Positions 31,421-32,000 of a DNA stretch of 32,000 nucleotides are shown here, in pieces (positions within the stretch are counted from its first letter, which is position 1; each line of letters starts with the position of its first letter). The DNA lies in contig NC_014972.1 of the NCBI RefSeq assembly GCF_000186885.1, positions 1,200,001 to 1,232,000 of the forward strand, read 5' to 3'. Source of the stretch: Desulfobulbus propionicus DSM 2032 (GTDB lineage: Bacteria; Desulfobacterota; Desulfobulbia; Desulfobulbales; Desulfobulbaceae). Position numbers and translations under genes: made by a program. Below the pieces are notes generated by a model that made no database searches, was not told the DNA's origin, and was given only the letters and a program-made list of their open reading frames with translations.

Positions 31421-32000
31421 TTGATTTCAGTAATAATCCCCACGTATAACCGGGCCTGGTGCCTGGAACGGGCCATCGGCTCGGTGCTGGCGCAACAGCG
31501 TGCCTGCACGGAGCTGATCGTGGTTGACGACGGGTCGACCGACGACACCGCAGCCTTGGTGGCACGCCTGGCCAGCGATGCTCCCATTCCCATCCGCCTG
31601 TTGGTCCAGGACAACCGCGGCGCGGCGGCGGCCCGCAATCTCGGCATCAGCCAAGCTCGGGGGGCGTTGCTCGCCTTTCTCGACGCCGACGACTGGTGGC
31701 TGCCACGGAAGCTGGCCCTGCAAGCGGCGGCCATGGAGGCGGCCCCGGAGACGCTCGTCTCCCACACCCGCGAGATCTGGTTCCGCCATGGTCAACGGGT
31801 CAACCAGAAAAAGAAGCACGATCCTCCCCATGGCGACATCTTTGCGGCGAGCCTGGGGATGTGCGTGGTGGGCATGTCCACGGTCATGGTCCGGCGGCAG
31901 CTGTTCGACCGTTATGGCCTGTTCGATGCAACCCTGCCATGCTGCGAGGATTACGATCTGTGGCTCCGAGTGGGATGCCGGGAAGCGTTTTTCCTGGTGC
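31421..32000 (+). CDS. Family-2 glycosyltransferase, 3' truncated by window edge
   Basis: From TTG at 31421 (or GTG at 31379): LISVIIPTYNRAWCLERAIGSVLAQQRACTELIVVDDGSTDDTAALVARL...NRGAAAARNLGI...LLAFLDADDWWLPRKL...CCEDYDLWLRVG. Absent from the supplied ORF track. Confidence 0.88.
   Translation, partial: MISVIIPTYNRAWCLERAIGSVLAQQRACTELIVVDDGSTDDTAALVARLASDAPIPIRLLVQDNRGAAAARNLGISQARGALLAFLDADDWWLPRKLALQAAAMEAAPETLVSHTREIWFRHGQRVNQKKKHDPPHGDIFAASLGMCVVGMSTVMVRRQLFDRYGLFDATLPCCEDYDLWLRVGCREAFFLV

Overview
This 32 kb window is a dense, GC-rich, mostly housekeeping segment of a Gram-negative bacterial chromosome. The gene content and order suggest a Desulfobulbales/deltaproteobacteria-like organism, but that is an inference. 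On the + strand, left to right: the 3' end of a receiver-domain protein; a REC-PAS-kinase-REC hybrid sensor kinase; a C-terminal J-domain protein coupled to a pair of ABC exporter half-transporters; rplU-rpmA, then a clear intrinsic terminator, then obgE-proB-proA-nadD; a PHP/EndoQ-like nuclease fused to a UvrD/PcrA-type helicase; a cytoplasmic hybrid kinase with Hpt; a REC-PAS-GGDEF diguanylate cyclase; and, at the right edge, a truncated family-2 glycosyltransferase. On the - strand: an MCE/Mla-type lipid transport cluster (MlaE-, MlaF- and MlaD-like, auxiliary lipoprotein, DUF3124 protein) followed by an orphan solute-binding lipoprotein; a SYLF-domain protein; a rubredoxin; and the run rng, M23 peptidase, LptF/LptG-family permease with an Ada-like zinc-knuckle tail, nnr, CBS-domain protein. 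I see no CRISPR array, tRNA, rRNA, transposase, integrase or phage gene. I found no clearly new multi-gene system. The best leads are the EndoQ-like/UvrD-helicase fusion, the LptF fusion to an Ada-like Cys cluster, and the J-domain protein coupled to an asymmetric ABC exporter.
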